From the NCBI GenBank assembly GCA_964590575.1, contig CAZPWM010000075.1, positions 1 to 16,040 on the forward strand: DNA of 16,040 nt, read 5' to 3'. The stretch is from an uncultured archaeon (GTDB lineage Archaea > Asgardarchaeota > Thorarchaeia > Thorarchaeales > Thorarchaeaceae). The position numbers and the translations under genes are program-made. The notes beneath the pieces were generated by a model. That model was not told where the DNA came from. It saw only the letters and a program-made list of their open reading frames with translations, and searched no databases. How positions within the stretch are numbered: position 1 is the first letter of the stretch; every line of letters starts with the position of its first letter. Of the stretch, positions 15,617 to 16,040 are shown in pieces.

Positions 15617-16040
15617 ATGGCAAGAATGCACACAAGACGCAAGGGCCAATCTGGTAGCAAACGCCCCTCCACATTGAGAGTCCCAGAGTGGATGGACAAG
15701 GAAAAGGATGCCCAGTGGGTGGAAGCCAAAGTAGTTGAACTTGCCAAAGCTGGAAATGCTCCTTCCATGATAGGTAAAATTCTCCGTGACCAATATGGCA
15801 TACCTCTAGTTCGAGTGATTGCAGGGAAGCGCATAATGGACATTCTTCGTGAGAACGACCTCCAGAGGAATGTGCCTGAAGACCTTCGAAATATGATTGC
15901 AAGAGCTGTTACAATCCGCAAACACTTGGAAGAGAACAAGAAAGATTTTGTTTCCAAGCGAGGTCTTCAACTGGTTGAAAGTAAAATCCATAGACTCTCG
16001 AAGTACTATCGCAAGAAGAAGGTATTACCTGCAGATTGGA
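15617..16040 (+). CDS. rps15: 30S ribosomal protein uS15 (S15P/S13e), partial at the 3' end
   Basis: Manual translation: MARMHTRRKGQSGSKRP...PSMIGKILRDQYGIP...PEDLRNMIARAVTIRKHLEENKKDFVSKRGLQLVESKIHRLSKYYRKKKVLPADW, open to the window edge. Absent from the supplied ORF track. Confidence 0.98.
   Translation, partial: MARMHTRRKGQSGSKRPSTLRVPEWMDKEKDAQWVEAKVVELAKAGNAPSMIGKILRDQYGIPLVRVIAGKRIMDILRENDLQRNVPEDLRNMIARAVTIRKHLEENKKDFVSKRGLQLVESKIHRLSKYYRKKKVLPADW

Noticed and set aside
15489-15991. Four minus-strand ORFs of 61-137 aa
   Set aside because: They are antisense shadows of the rps15 gene on the plus strand.
13874-16040. kae1 and bud32 as separate genes next to rps15, and Kae1 DQGAMIA instead of DNGAMIA
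   Set aside because: This is a familiar archaeal neighbourhood. The metal-ligand Asp is retained and N-to-Q is conservative.
1-16040. tRNA/rRNA genes, CRISPR arrays, IS elements, inteins
   Set aside because: Intergenic gaps are all short (under ~160 bp) with no cloverleaf, regular repeats or terminal inverted repeats, and no transposase or intein motifs were seen in the proteins.

Overview
Gene-dense archaeal chromosomal segment. The archaeal assignment rests on archaeal-type Kae1/Bud32, uS15, an Sm protein, a GPN GTPase, NurA/HerA and TATA-like promoters. An Asgard origin (Thorarchaeia-like) is plausible from the roadblock/small-GTPase content, but that is inference only. Gene order: partial Trm11/TrmG10-like gene (-), GPN-loop GTPase (-), Xre-HTH regulator and SAMHD1-like HD hydrolase (+), a three-gene unit (+), pyrG-nurA-herA (+), an orphan (+), an ArsR-type regulator (-), a DUF460/COG2433 protein (+), an Sm-like protein (-), kae1-bud32 (+) and partial rps15 (+). 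The three-gene unit is the most interesting element. It encodes a tandem double-roadblock protein, an unannotated protein whose N-terminus resembles the folliculin/DENN core, and an MglA-like small GTPase, i.e. the same domain classes used by eukaryotic Rag/Ragulator/FLCN and C9orf72-SMCR8/Arf modules. Secondary observations are an eRF1-like GRGGQS motif in the DUF460 protein, a ~13-aa insertion in a conserved CTP-synthase motif, and a probable CTG start codon. No tRNA, rRNA, CRISPR array or mobile element was seen. All family calls are from motif recognition by eye; no searches were run.
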